Source: Clostridia bacterium (GTDB lineage: Bacteria > Bacillota > Clostridia > UBA1212 > DUPL01). From it: a stretch of DNA of 64,000 nt. Below the pieces are notes generated by a model that was not told where the DNA came from, did not search any database, and saw only the letters and a program-made list of their open reading frames with translations. Below are positions 29,777 to 39,854 of the stretch, in pieces. The first letter of the stretch is position 1, and every line of letters begins with the position of its first letter. The position numbers and the translations under genes were made by a program. The stretch covers positions 1-64,000 of the forward strand of contig JBMNIW010000003.1 of the NCBI GenBank assembly GCA_050951325.1. The letters run 5' to 3'.

Positions 29777-32236
29777 CTATTCTGTCTTTCTGTACTTGGG
29801 AGTACCGTCTTCAATATAAATTGTTATCATACCCTTGTCTATATCCCCTCTTAACATGCCTTCGGACAATTTGTCCTCAAGATGTGTCTGTATAGCCCTC
29901 TTGAGAGGCCTTGCGCCAAAAACAGGGTCAAAACCTTTATCAGCGATAAACTCTGCAACGCCTTCATCAAAGGACAACTCTATGTCATTCAGTCTTGCTC
30001 TCTTCTTCAAGTCATTGAGAAGCAGGTGAGCAATCTTCACTATCTGTTCCTTGTTAAGAGGCTCAAATACAATTATATCGTCCACCCTGTTCAAAAACTC
30101 TGGTCTGAAAGTCTTCTTAAGCTCTTCCATGACATTCTTTTTCATATTCTCATAGTTCTCATGCTCGGAGATGTCAGGGTCAGCAAAACCAAGACGTTTT
30201 GGTTCTGTAATATTCCGTGCACCTACGTTTGATGTCATGATTATTACTGTATTCTTAAAGTCCACGACTCTTCCATGGGAATCTGTAAGCCTTCCATCCT
30301 CCATTATCTGCAACAGAATATTGAACACATCAGGATGGGCTTTCTCTATTTCATCGAACAGAACGACTGAATAAGGTTTTCTTCTAACCTTTTCAGTCAG
30401 CTGTCCCCCTTCATCATATCCCACGTAACCTGGTGGTGAACCAATCAGCCTGGATACGCTGTGTTTCTCCATGTACTCAGACATGTCAATTCTTATCATG
30501 GATTTCTCATCACCAAACAACAGTTCGGCAAGAGCCCTTGACAACTCTGTCTTTCCAACACCCGTTGGTCCAAGGAAGATAAACGAACCTGTAGGTCTCT
30601 TTGGATCCTTCAAACCCATTCTTCCGCGCCTTATAGCCTTCGAAACTGCCTTTACAGCTTCCTCCTGTCCTACAACCCTTTCATGCAGTTGATTTTCCAG
30701 ATTAAGGAGTCTTGCAGCTTCGTCCTCATTCAATCTGGTTACAGGAATACCTGTCCAGTCTGCTACGATTTCTGCGATGTCGTCTTCTGTAACAGTACCG
30801 GATATCATTGCCTTTTTCTTATCCCACTCGTTCTTCTTTTCCTCGAGTTCTCCTTTTATCTTTCTTTCTTCATCCCGTATTTTTGCCGCTCTCTCAAAAT
30901 CCTGATGGTTTATTGCCTCTTCTTTTTCCGCCTGCAACTTTGCCAAAGTCTCCTCCAAATTCTTCAGATCTGGAGTCAATGTATATGAAAGCAGACGTTT
31001 CTTTGATGAAGCCTCATCAATCAGGTCTATGGCCTTGTCAGGGAGAAACCTGTCATTAATGTACCTGTGGGACAAATGTACCGCAGATTTCAAAGCCTCA
31101 TCCGTAATTGTTACATTATGGTGAGACTCGTATTTGTCTCTCAAACCATACACTATCCTTATAGTATCCTCGGGACTTGGCTCATCAACCATGATGGGTT
31201 GAAACCTTCTTTCCAACGCCGCATCCTTCTCAATGTGCTTTCTGTACTCATTGAGAGTTGTCGCACCAATAATCTGAAGTTCTCCTCTGGATAGAGCCGG
31301 TTTCAATATATTTGCAGCATCCAGGGCACCCTCTGCACTACCTGCACCAATGATCGTATGGAGCTCATCTATAAACAGGATGATGTTCTTACTCTTTATG
31401 ACCTCGTCTATAGCCTTCTTGATTCTCTCTTCAAAGTCTCCTCTGTATCTGGTACCAGCCACCATGCTGGACAAATCAAGAGTGATAACTCTTTTGTCCC
31501 TCATAAGCTCTGGAACATCACCTGACGCTATCAGTTGAGCAAGGCCTTCTACAATTGCAGTTTTACCAACACCAGGCTCTCCGATGAGGCATGGGTTGTT
31601 CTTTGTCCTTCTGCTGAGTATCTGCATTATTCTCTGGACTTCCTTCTCGCGACCAATAACCGGGTCAAACTTCTTTTCACGAGCCATCTCAGTAAGGTCT
31701 TTACCGAATCTCAAAATGGTTAAGTCCTCCTGCTTTTTCGTGTCGCCGCCAACATTATTCATATTCGGCATGCCACCTACATTCTCCCCTGACATCATCT
31801 CCTGACCAGTAAGTATCTTGTTAAGATCCATAAGGAACTTCTGCGGTTCCACACCAATTTCAATAAGGATTTTAACGGCAATACTATCGGGTTCAGAAAC
31901 AAGGGAAACCAAAAGATGCTCTGTTCCCACAAACTTCTGTCCCCTCATGGATGCTTCCCTGAAACTGTTATCTATGACTCTTTTTGTTCTTGGTGTGTAT
32001 CTTGCCTGTTCTATGCTGACTTTCTGTCCTACATTGTCTCCAGCCAGCCTGTTAAGAAAAGGTTCAAGTTTTTCAGGTGTTACCCCATGCTTTGCAAAAA
32101 GCTTGCCCGAGATGCTTTTTGCTTCTGAAACGATACCGTATAGTATATGCTCGGTACCCACATATGGCAATCCTAATGATATCGCCTTGTTTATTGCTGT
32201 ATTTATAGCGTTTGACGCACTATCTGTAAATCTCAT
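29777..32236 (-). CDS. clpC: ATP-dependent Clp protease ATPase ClpC
   Basis: Clp-N repeats, GEPGVGKT, UVR domain, GPTGVGKT; in the ctsR operon. Confidence 0.97.
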   Translation of the reverse strand: MRFTDSASNAINTAINKAISLGLPYVGTEHILYGIVSEAKSISGKLFAKHGVTPEKLEPFLNRLAGDNVGQKVSIEQARYTPRTKRVIDNSFREASMRGQKFVGTEHLLVSLVSEPDSIAVKILIEIGVEPQKFLMDLNKILTGQEMMSGENVGGMPNMNNVGGDTKKQEDLTILRFGKDLTEMAREKKFDPVIGREKEVQRIMQILSRRTKNNPCLIGEPGVGKTAIVEGLAQLIASGDVPELMRDKRVITLDLSSMVAGTRYRGDFEERIKKAIDEVIKSKNIILFIDELHTIIGAGSAEGALDAANILKPALSRGELQIIGATTLNEYRKHIEKDAALERRFQPIMVDEPSPEDTIRIVYGLRDKYESHHNVTITDEALKSAVHLSHRYINDRFLPDKAIDLIDEASSKKRLLSYTLTPDLKNLEETLAKLQAEKEEAINHQDFERAAKIRDEERKIKGELEEKKNEWDKKKAMISGTVTEDDIAEIVADWTGIPVTRLNEDEAARLLNLENQLHERVVGQEEAVKAVSKAIRRGRMGLKDPKRPTGSFIFLGPTGVGKTELSRALAELLFGDEKSMIRIDMSEYMEKHSVSRLIGSPPGYVGYDEGGQLTEKVRRKPYSVVLFDEIEKAHPDVFNILLQIMEDGRLTDSHGRVVDFKNTVIIMTSNVGARNITEPKRLGFADPDISEHENYENMKKNVMEELKKTFRPEFLNRVDDIIVFEPLNKEQIVKIAHLLLNDLKKRARLNDIELSFDEGVAEFIADKGFDPVFGARPLKRAIQTHLEDKLSEGMLRGDIDKGMITIYIEDGTPKYRKTE

Positions 32237-32251
32237 TCAGTCAACCTCCAT

Positions 32252-33292
32252 TCATTCTGTCTTCGACTTTAACTTTTCTCTAATTATGTTTGCTCTTAAA
32301 ATATCTCGTTCTCCTGGTGATAGTATTTTACCAGAAATCTTCTGCAAGGATGCAGGTTGAACATTCGACATAAGAGCAATTATATCAGTAGTGTCATATT
32401 CTGCAAACATTCCCAGGTCAATACCCAGTTTAAGCTCCGACAAAAGTCTCAAAGCTTCTTCTGATGTAAGCATTCTGGCATTGGTCAGTATTCCGTATGC
32501 CCTGAAAATCATGTCGTCAAAAGTTATTCCAAACTTTGACCTTAACGTCTCTCTAGCTTCCCTTTCAAGCTGTATTATGTTTTTTATAAGATTGTCAATG
32601 CCTGAAATTATTTCATGTTCAGTAAACCCCATGGTAACCTGGTTTGATATCTGATAACAGCTTCCAAGACTTTTTGTGTTTTCTCCATGAAAACCTCTTA
32701 CTGCAACACCCATTTTCCTGCATTGATCAATCAAAGATTCCATCTTGTCCGTCTTTTCGAGGGCAGGCAGATGAACCATTGCAGATGCTCTAAGGCCTGT
32801 ACCTGTATTGGTAGGACAGCTGGTAAGGTACCCAATCTCATGACTGAAAGCATATTTGGGTTGAAACTCTGCAATACCTTCAAACTCAAGACATTGCTTG
32901 TATGCATCCTCCAGCTGCAAACCAGGCATCAGGCTTTGTATCCTCAAATGGTCCTCTTCATTAACCATAACCGCCAGGTTTTCATTTCCTTCTTTAATAA
33001 CCAAAGCGGTAGGTATCTTTTTTCCGACCATATCGGTACTCATCATATGAATCTCGACAAGATACTCCTGATCAAGCTGAGGAAGGCTGCCTAGATCAAT
33101 AACCTTGAAATTGAGATTCTTTACCGAATCCACAGCTTTTTTGACTATGGATATACTCTCTTCCGCACTCTTAATATTCTCCGATGTAGGAAAAGGCAAA
33201 CTCTTGAAATTCCTGGCAAGTCTTACTCTGGAACTTATGACCACATCCTGCATCGGACCGCTTTTGGTAAACCAACCCGACATATTATTCAC
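32252..33292 (-). CDS. mcsB: Protein arginine kinase McsB
   Basis: SSRVRLARN, NEEDHLRIQ, CPTNTGTG. Confidence 0.95.
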   Translation of the reverse strand: MNNMSGWFTKSGPMQDVVISSRVRLARNFKSLPFPTSENIKSAEESISIVKKAVDSVKNLNFKVIDLGSLPQLDQEYLVEIHMMSTDMVGKKIPTALVIKEGNENLAVMVNEEDHLRIQSLMPGLQLEDAYKQCLEFEGIAEFQPKYAFSHEIGYLTSCPTNTGTGLRASAMVHLPALEKTDKMESLIDQCRKMGVAVRGFHGENTKSLGSCYQISNQVTMGFTEHEIISGIDNLIKNIIQLEREARETLRSKFGITFDDMIFRAYGILTNARMLTSEEALRLLSELKLGIDLGMFAEYDTTDIIALMSNVQPASLQKISGKILSPGERDILRANIIREKLKSKTE

Positions 33293-33794
33293 CTTCCTCG
33301 ATAGCCTTTATTCTATCCCTTAATTCGGCCGCTTTTTCAAACTCTTCACTATCCACCGCTTCCTGCATAAGTTGCTTCAGTTTAACCAGCTCCATCTGCC
33401 TTTTGCTAACATCAGCAATGCTCTCGCCAGCATCATTTTTCGCCACCACATAAGGAGTAGCACCCTTGTGCGCACAATTGCCGTGAATCTTTCTTAACAG
33501 AGCGCGTACTTCCTTGTTAAAGGTATCATAACATTCTGAACAACCAAATTTACCTGTCTTGTTGATTGTATTAATGCTGGAGTTGCAAACAGGACATTTT
33601 TTGTCAAAGGCCCCAACACCATTGTATATATTGTCCATGTTCAGCAAAGTAGAAAACAAAGAACCGATGTTGTTGCCAATATATCCGAGTTCAACTGCAC
33701 ACTGGTTACACAAATTCATCTCCTGCTTATGAAAATTGACAACCTGTATCTTTCTGATAGTGGCATTTCTTGCTTTGCATCTGTCACACAGCAT
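33285..33794 (-). CDS. mcsA: McsA (zinc-finger/UVR activator)
   Basis: Four CxxC motifs, C-terminal EEFEKAAELRD. Confidence 0.93.
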   Translation of the reverse strand: MLCDRCKARNATIRKIQVVNFHKQEMNLCNQCAVELGYIGNNIGSLFSTLLNMDNIYNGVGAFDKKCPVCNSSINTINKTGKFGCSECYDTFNKEVRALLRKIHGNCAHKGATPYVVAKNDAGESIADVSKRQMELVKLKQLMQEAVDSEEFEKAAELRDRIKAIEEGE

Positions 33795-33796
33795 TG

Positions 33797-34279
33797 TTAA
33801 TCACCCCTTTGTGTCAATAAAGAAGTAAGCATATTCCTCAATAACGAAGCCCTCACCTTATCTCGCTCTACAGTGGGCAGGAACTTCAATATTTTGTCGC
33901 TTGTAGCAGCCTCCATGATTCTTGCTTCCCTTTCAGTAATAATTTCATACTCAAGAAAGTTTCTAATGAATATCTGACAATGGTACTGTGATAGACTCTT
34001 GCCCATACCACCAATTACATGCATGGTATAGTGGTCCTTATTCTTGTCCTTGTCAAATCTAATCCTACAAATCTTGATATATCCTCCGCCTCCCCTTCTG
34101 CTCTCGACATAATAGCCTTTTTCAGGAGAGAATCTTGTATCTATAACATAATTTATTTGAGAAGGTACACAGTTAAAATAGTTTGCAAGCTCATTCCTCT
34201 GTATCTCAACATGTTCCGGATCATTGTCATCCAACAAACCTTTGATGAATTCTTCAATCAAATCACTTAAATTGCTCAA
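33797..34279 (-). CDS. ctsR: Class III heat-shock repressor CtsR
   Basis: CVPSQINYV, ESRRGGGGYI. Confidence 0.97.
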   Translation of the reverse strand: MSNLSDLIEEFIKGLLDDNDPEHVEIQRNELANYFNCVPSQINYVIDTRFSPEKGYYVESRRGGGGYIKICRIRFDKDKNKDHYTMHVIGGMGKSLSQYHCQIFIRNFLEYEIITEREARIMEAATSDKILKFLPTVERDKVRASLLRNMLTSLLTQRGD

Positions 34280-34298
34280 TTATACCCCTCCTTTTGTC

Positions 34299-34345
34299 CT
34301 TGACTTTCTTTGACTATTATACCATAAAAATATTTTATAAGTCAA
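34299..34345 (-). promoter_or_regulatory. ctsR operon promoter with CtsR box
   Basis: TTGACT-18 bp-TATAAT (extended -10) immediately followed by AGTCAAA-GAA-AGTCAAG (34299-34315), matching the CtsR heptad direct repeat. Confidence 0.85.
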
Positions 34346-34374
34346 TATTTTATAGTCTAACCAAAAAAAAAAAT

Positions 34375-34409
34375 TAAAAAAGACAGAATGATCAAAATCA
34401 CTCTGTCTT
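34375..34409 (-). terminator. Terminator after the EF-G paralog
   Basis: aagacagaatgat-caaa-atcactctgtctt hairpin with a U-tract on the minus strand. Confidence 0.7.
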
Positions 34410-34434
34410 GGTATTCATATCGTTTTCTATTAAT

Positions 34435-36507
34435 TTAACCTTCCAGATTGCCTGAAGCTTTTGCTTCTTCAACAATCTTTTGAGCTATATTCATAGGCAC
34501 TTCTTCGTATCTTACAAACTCAGAAACAAACTCTCCCCTTGCTTGGGTCATGGAGCGGAGGTCTGTAGCATACTTGAACAACTCAGCATATGGAACCTCA
34601 GCTTCGATTTCCTGCATTCCATTCTCAAGAGGATTCATGCCAAGGACTCTGCCACGCCTCTTGTTAAGGTCACCGATAATGTCTCCCATGTATCTTTCTG
34701 GCACATATACCTTGATCTGATAAATAGGCTCGAGAAGGACCGGACTTGCTTCTGCAAGACCCTTCTTATATGCAAGGGATGCTGCAATCTTGAACGCCAT
34801 TTCCGAAGAGTCGACTGGATGGTAGGAACCATCAACCAAGGTAGCTTTCAGATAAAGTACAGGATATCCAGCAAGAACGCCTTTCCTTATGGCTTCCTGC
34901 AATCCTTTCTCAACTGCCGGGAAATAGTTCTTTGGAACTGCTCCACCGAAAATCTTCTCGCCAAACTCCAGCTCTTCTTGTGTTCCTGGCTCAAACTCAA
35001 TCCATACATCACCGTATTGGCCGTGTCCACCGGACTGTTTCTTGTGCTTACCCTGAACCTTGACTTTCTTTCTAATGGTTTCTCTGTATGGTACCTTTGG
35101 ATCGCTAAGATCAACTTGAACCTGGTACTTGCTCTTGAGTTTACCAACTATGACATCAAGATGCTGCTCGCCCATACCGGTTATGAGAAGTTGTGCAAAT
35201 TCAGGATCGTTTTCATATTTGAATGTCAAATCCTCTTCAGCAAGTCTTGACAATCCGTTACTTATCTTCTCCTCGTCACCTTTTGCCTTTGGAGTAACAG
35301 CAAGTGTAATCTGTGGCTGTGGGAAATTGATTCCTTTTACTTTCACAGGCTTTGATTTCAAGCACAATGTATCGTTTGTAGTTGTGTTGGACAGCTTTGA
35401 AACTGCTCCAATATCACCAGCAACAAGCTCTTGTACAGGAATCTGCTTCTTGCCCATCATAGTGAATACATTGGATATCTTCTCATCAGCACCCTTGTTG
35501 GGGTTATGCATTGTAGTGTCGCCTTTCATAGTGCCTGAGCAAACCTTGAATAGTGACAATTTGCCAACGAATGGGTCTGCAATAGTCTTGAATACAAACA
35601 ACACCGGTTCTTTAGAGCTGTCTGGTGTAATATCAATCTTGTTTCCGCTTGCATCTTCAGCCTCAAATTTGCAAACTTCAGCCGGATTTGGCAAATAGTC
35701 TACTATGAAGTCATTGAACTGAGCAACTGCCATGTTTTCAAAAGCTGAACCCAAAAGAACAGGGTAACAGCTATTGGAGTTAATGGCTTCCTTTACACCC
35801 TTCTTAATTTCATCAGGTGTGAAAGATTCACCTTCAAAAAACTTCATCATAAGTTCATCGTCAGTCTCAGCAACAATCTCCATTATCTTCATGTTGAGTT
35901 CTTCAACCTGAGCCTGAAGGTTTGAAGGTATATCAGTATCTGTTACTTTTCCATCCTTGTCAAATTTATATGCTTTTTGATTCAGAACATCAACGAATCC
36001 TTCGAATTTTCTATCGGTTTTTATTGGTAAATGAAACGCAACGCATTTATTTCCAAAGAGATTAACAAGTTCATCGTAAATCTTATTAAAATCAGAAGTT
36101 TCTTCATTCATTTTGTTTACATAAAATACCCTGGGTATATTATGTAACTCACATGCATCAAAAGCTTTTTCAGTTCCAACAGCAACATCACCCGCAACTA
36201 CTATGACTGCAGAATCGGCAACAAAAATACCTTCATACATTTCTCCCACAAAGTCAAAATAACCTGGAGTATCGATAATATTAATTTTTGATTTTTTCCA
36301 TTCAAAAGGTGCAACAGCAGTATTTATAGATACTTGCCTTTTTTGTTCTTCTGCGTCGTAGTCAAGCGTTGTATTGCCATCTGCTATACGACCCAATCTG
36401 TCTATAGCTTTGGCATTGAACAGCATAGCTTCAGCAAGAGTGGTTTTGCCGACTCCACCATGTCCCAATAATACAACGTTGCGTAAATCAGTAGTTTTCA
36501 TACACAT
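34435..36507 (-). CDS. fusA: Elongation factor G paralog (EF-G2 type, outside the str operon)
   Basis: GHGGVGKTT, DTPGYFDF, KKQSGGHGQYG, GSYHPVDSSEMAF; no rpsL/rpsG/tuf neighbours. Confidence 0.92.
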   Translation of the reverse strand: MCMKTTDLRNVVLLGHGGVGKTTLAEAMLFNAKAIDRLGRIADGNTTLDYDAEEQKRQVSINTAVAPFEWKKSKINIIDTPGYFDFVGEMYEGIFVADSAVIVVAGDVAVGTEKAFDACELHNIPRVFYVNKMNEETSDFNKIYDELVNLFGNKCVAFHLPIKTDRKFEGFVDVLNQKAYKFDKDGKVTDTDIPSNLQAQVEELNMKIMEIVAETDDELMMKFFEGESFTPDEIKKGVKEAINSNSCYPVLLGSAFENMAVAQFNDFIVDYLPNPAEVCKFEAEDASGNKIDITPDSSKEPVLFVFKTIADPFVGKLSLFKVCSGTMKGDTTMHNPNKGADEKISNVFTMMGKKQIPVQELVAGDIGAVSKLSNTTTNDTLCLKSKPVKVKGINFPQPQITLAVTPKAKGDEEKISNGLSRLAEEDLTFKYENDPEFAQLLITGMGEQHLDVIVGKLKSKYQVQVDLSDPKVPYRETIRKKVKVQGKHKKQSGGHGQYGDVWIEFEPGTQEELEFGEKIFGGAVPKNYFPAVEKGLQEAIRKGVLAGYPVLYLKATLVDGSYHPVDSSEMAFKIAASLAYKKGLAEASPVLLEPIYQIKVYVPERYMGDIIGDLNKRRGRVLGMNPLENGMQEIEAEVPYAELFKYATDLRSMTQARGEFVSEFVRYEEVPMNIAQKIVEEAKASGNLEG

Positions 36508-36535
36508 TCCTCCTAGAAATTAAAATTTATTCAAT

Positions 36536-37201
36536 TTAATTTTTTCCGTTTTTTCTTAATTCAGAAATTCTATAACCTAAAACCATTAAATTATCTGTAA
36601 GATGAACATTTTCTACGACCGTTCCAAACTCTTCTTCAATGTTGTGCAAGTCGGTAGATGAAAAATTCCACAAGCCATGTATACCAAGAGCAGCGACTCT
36701 TCTTGCTATTTCCATTGCATTTTCCTTGGGAATACACAGTACAGCAATATCTGTTTTGTTTTCTTTTACGAAATCTTCAAGAGTATCAATATGAGCAACC
36801 TTAACCCCATTTATATCTTGACCAATAACATTGGGATTCTTGTCGAATATACCGGTGAATACAAAACCTCTTTTATTAAAATTCTCGTACTTTGCAATTG
36901 CTTGTCCCATGTTACCAGCACCGATAATAATTACATTAAAAGGATCAGGAATTCCTAAAATTGAAGCAATTTCTTTGTGAAGCACTTCCACGTTATAACC
37001 ATAACCTTGTTGACCAAAACCTCCAAAACAATTCAAATCCTGTCTAATTTGAGAGGCTGTTAAATTCATCCGTCTACTTAACTCTTGCGATGACACCTTC
37101 GCGATCCCATTTTCGAGCAACTCTGTAATATATCTGTAATACCTTGGTAATCTTTTAATTACCGCTATAGAGATCTTTTTATTGCCATCCATCTGCATCA
37201 A
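36536..37201 (-). CDS. rex: Redox-sensing repressor Rex
   Basis: KRLPRYYR, SQIRQDL..FG.FGQQGYGY, GAGNMG. Confidence 0.95.
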   Translation of the reverse strand: MMQMDGNKKISIAVIKRLPRYYRYITELLENGIAKVSSQELSRRMNLTASQIRQDLNCFGGFGQQGYGYNVEVLHKEIASILGIPDPFNVIIIGAGNMGQAIAKYENFNKRGFVFTGIFDKNPNVIGQDINGVKVAHIDTLEDFVKENKTDIAVLCIPKENAMEIARRVAALGIHGLWNFSSTDLHNIEEEFGTVVENVHLTDNLMVLGYRISELRKNGKN

Positions 37202-37313
37202 TCCTTTTTTTATGTTTTCTCAGGTTAAAAGCTCATGTACGATTTATTCTATCATTTGTTATTAACACTTGTCAATATTGTTTTTAAATTGTAAAATATC
37301 ACGGGAGGTTTAT

Positions 37314-39146
37314 ATGACTATATTTTCATGCACAAACATAAACTTGAGTTTTGGAAATTTAACAATATTTGATAATCTTGATATAAACATATATGAAAAA
37401 GACAAAGTTGGAATAGTTGGTGTAAATGGAGCTGGCAAAACCACTTTTGTGAAACTACTACTCGGCATGCTTCCGCCCGACAAGGGAAACGTTTTCGTAT
37501 CCAGCAAGGTTGAAATCGGATATCTTGAACAAAACTCCGGCCTTGACTCAAACAACACTGTCATGGACGAGTTTCTTCTACCCTTTTCCCACCTTATTGA
37601 ACTGGAAAACCGAATTAAATCAATTGAAAGGGAGCTGCAAAAGGAAAATACGGACAAGATAAAACTTTCAAACACTCTGGCAAACCTCTATGAGGAGTAT
37701 AATGTAAATGGCGGTAATGAATACAAAAACCGTGTAAGAAGCATTCTGCAAGGATTAGGATTTCCAGAAGAGAGTTGGAATATGCAAATTTCCACCCTTA
37801 GCGGAGGTCAAAAAACACGCCTTGCACTAGCAAGACTTTTAGTAAGAACGCCTGATGTTCTTGTATTGGACGAGCCTACGAACCACCTGGATACACAGTC
37901 TATTGAATGGCTTGAATCCTTCCTGAAAAGCTACCAGGGAACACTACTAGTAATATCCCATGACAGACAGCTTCTCACTACAGTAACCACAAAGACTCTA
38001 TTAATAGACAACCAGGAAGCATATGTTTACAATGCTCCCTATGACAAGTATGTGGAACTAAGAGAAGCAGACAAGGCCTATCAGGAAAAACGATATATCC
38101 AGCAGCAGAAGGAAATTGATAGAATAATGGCTTTCGTTGAACAGCAAAAACGCTGGAACAGGGAAAGAAACATTATTGCAGCAGAAAGCAGACTTAAAAA
38201 GCTTGAAAAAATAACCCTTGTTGAAAAGCCACAGGATGAAAAGAAAATAAATCCTATAAATCTGAAAATAAACTACTTGGGAGGCAAAGAAGTACTTGTT
38301 GCTGACAACCTTTCCTTTGGCTATACCGATGAAATGCTTTTTGAAAACCTCAGCTTTAAAGTTTTCAGAGGCGACAGAGTATTTATAACCGGGCCGAATG
38401 GTTGTGGCAAGACTACCCTTCTCAAAATCCTTACAGGAACCCTTGAAGGCTACAATGGCAATTATAAAATCGGGGATGGAATAGAGTTTGCCTACTATTC
38501 TCAAGACATGTCCGATTTGAATTGGGAAAACACCATATTCGATGAACTATATGACAATTTTGACAATGTAACACCGGTTGAGATAAGAAACAGTCTTGCA
38601 GCTTTTGGTTTCAAGGGAGATGATGTTTTTAGAAAGATAGGTGTTCTAAGCGGTGGTGAAAAAGCAAGGGTACAACTGCTTAAAACAATATACAAAAACG
38701 CATCATTCCTTATACTTGACGAACCTACAAACCATTTGGACATATACACAAGAGAAGTACTGGAAGACGCCCTTCTTGAGTTTGAAGGTACCATCCTTTG
38801 TGTATCCCATGACAGGTTCTTTGTAAATAAAATCGCTACATCATTTATTGATATGGGTAATAATGAAGAAGCAGACCAGAAAAATGAAAAAGACGAGTCA
38901 GCAAAGCTTGCTTATCTCAAAGCAAAAGAAGAAAGAGCAAGACAAAGGAGAAACAAAGCTCAAAAAGAACGAATGGAAAATGAAATGCAGAAAACCGGAG
39001 AGAGAATAAAGGTTCTGGAAGAAAAACTGCACACTATTATCGATTATGAAGAAATCCAAAAACTCTACACTGAATGCGAAGAGCTGAAAAAATACTTAAG
39101 ACAAACAGAAGACGAATATCTGCTTCTTTTGGAAGAAGACCTTTAA
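37314..39146 (+). CDS. ABC-F family ATP-binding protein
   Basis: Two ABC domains (GVNGAGKT/LSGGQ; GPNGCGKT/LSGGE), DEPTNHLD twice, no TM segments; start MTIFS behind GGAGG. Confidence 0.93.
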   Translation: MTIFSCTNINLSFGNLTIFDNLDINIYEKDKVGIVGVNGAGKTTFVKLLLGMLPPDKGNVFVSSKVEIGYLEQNSGLDSNNTVMDEFLLPFSHLIELENRIKSIERELQKENTDKIKLSNTLANLYEEYNVNGGNEYKNRVRSILQGLGFPEESWNMQISTLSGGQKTRLALARLLVRTPDVLVLDEPTNHLDTQSIEWLESFLKSYQGTLLVISHDRQLLTTVTTKTLLIDNQEAYVYNAPYDKYVELREADKAYQEKRYIQQQKEIDRIMAFVEQQKRWNRERNIIAAESRLKKLEKITLVEKPQDEKKINPINLKINYLGGKEVLVADNLSFGYTDEMLFENLSFKVFRGDRVFITGPNGCGKTTLLKILTGTLEGYNGNYKIGDGIEFAYYSQDMSDLNWENTIFDELYDNFDNVTPVEIRNSLAAFGFKGDDVFRKIGVLSGGEKARVQLLKTIYKNASFLILDEPTNHLDIYTREVLEDALLEFEGTILCVSHDRFFVNKIATSFIDMGNNEEADQKNEKDESAKLAYLKAKEERARQRRNKAQKERMENEMQKTGERIKVLEEKLHTIIDYEEIQKLYTECEELKKYLRQTEDEYLLLLEEDL

Positions 39147-39161
39147 CAGAACAGTGGCAGT

Positions 39162-39854
39162 CTACAAGTCCTTTCTTCCTGATGCAAAGACTGCAGCATA
39201 TATCTTGTTTGCTCCTTTATCCAGGAGAAGATTCGAAACTTCATCAAGAGTGCTACCTGTAGTAAGGATGTCATCGATAACAAGGATGTTATTGCCTTGT
39301 ATTTTTTCCTCATTTATCGCAACAAACCTGTCTTTTATTCCAAGCCTTTCTTCCTCCGTTAATTTCGACTGGGTTTGTCCCTGCATGGGTCTTGCCAACA
39401 CTTCCTTATATGGAATGTCTGAAAGCTTTGATATTCTTTTTGCCAGCAGTCCACTTTGATTGTATCCTCTCTGTGCAAACTTCTTGCCGCTTAGAGGTAC
39501 AGAAGTAATAAAGTCAATATCCATGTATGCATTCTCATACTCAAGCATTCCATGCATAAGGACGGCAAAAGATTTATATACGGTTACATCCCCTCTGAAC
39601 TTATACTCTACAAAGGTTTTCTTAACAGCTCCGGAGTATTCAAACAGACAATACACCTCTTCAAACTTCCTAAATCCTCTATGTTGTTGCCGTTTATTAC
39701 CTTTGAACTGTCTGTACTCTTCCTTGTAATATGGCAGCTTTATATTGCATTTTTTGCATATATTGGTTGTGCTGTCCACGTCATCCATGCAGCCGCAGAA
39801 TGTACACTTTGCAGGAAAAACAAGGTCAATAAATGCATTCAATAGCTCCCTCAT
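39162..39854 (-). CDS. comFC: ComF family protein (double zinc ribbon + PRTase)
   Basis: CTFC/CKKC, RGYNQS, VIDDILTTGST. Confidence 0.9.
   Translation of the reverse strand: MRELLNAFIDLVFPAKCTFCGCMDDVDSTTNICKKCNIKLPYYKEEYRQFKGNKRQQHRGFRKFEEVYCLFEYSGAVKKTFVEYKFRGDVTVYKSFAVLMHGMLEYENAYMDIDFITSVPLSGKKFAQRGYNQSGLLAKRISKLSDIPYKEVLARPMQGQTQSKLTEEERLGIKDRFVAINEEKIQGNNILVIDDILTTGSTLDEVSNLLLDKGANKIYAAVFASGRKDL

Noticed and set aside
29835-35698. Many plus-strand ORFs opposite clpC, mcsB and the EF-G paralog (and similar ORFs elsewhere)
   Set aside because: Antisense shadows of conserved genes with no motifs.
37257-37267. Rex operator upstream of rex (TGTTATTAACA)
   Set aside because: Half-site spacing does not fit the 18-bp Rex box.
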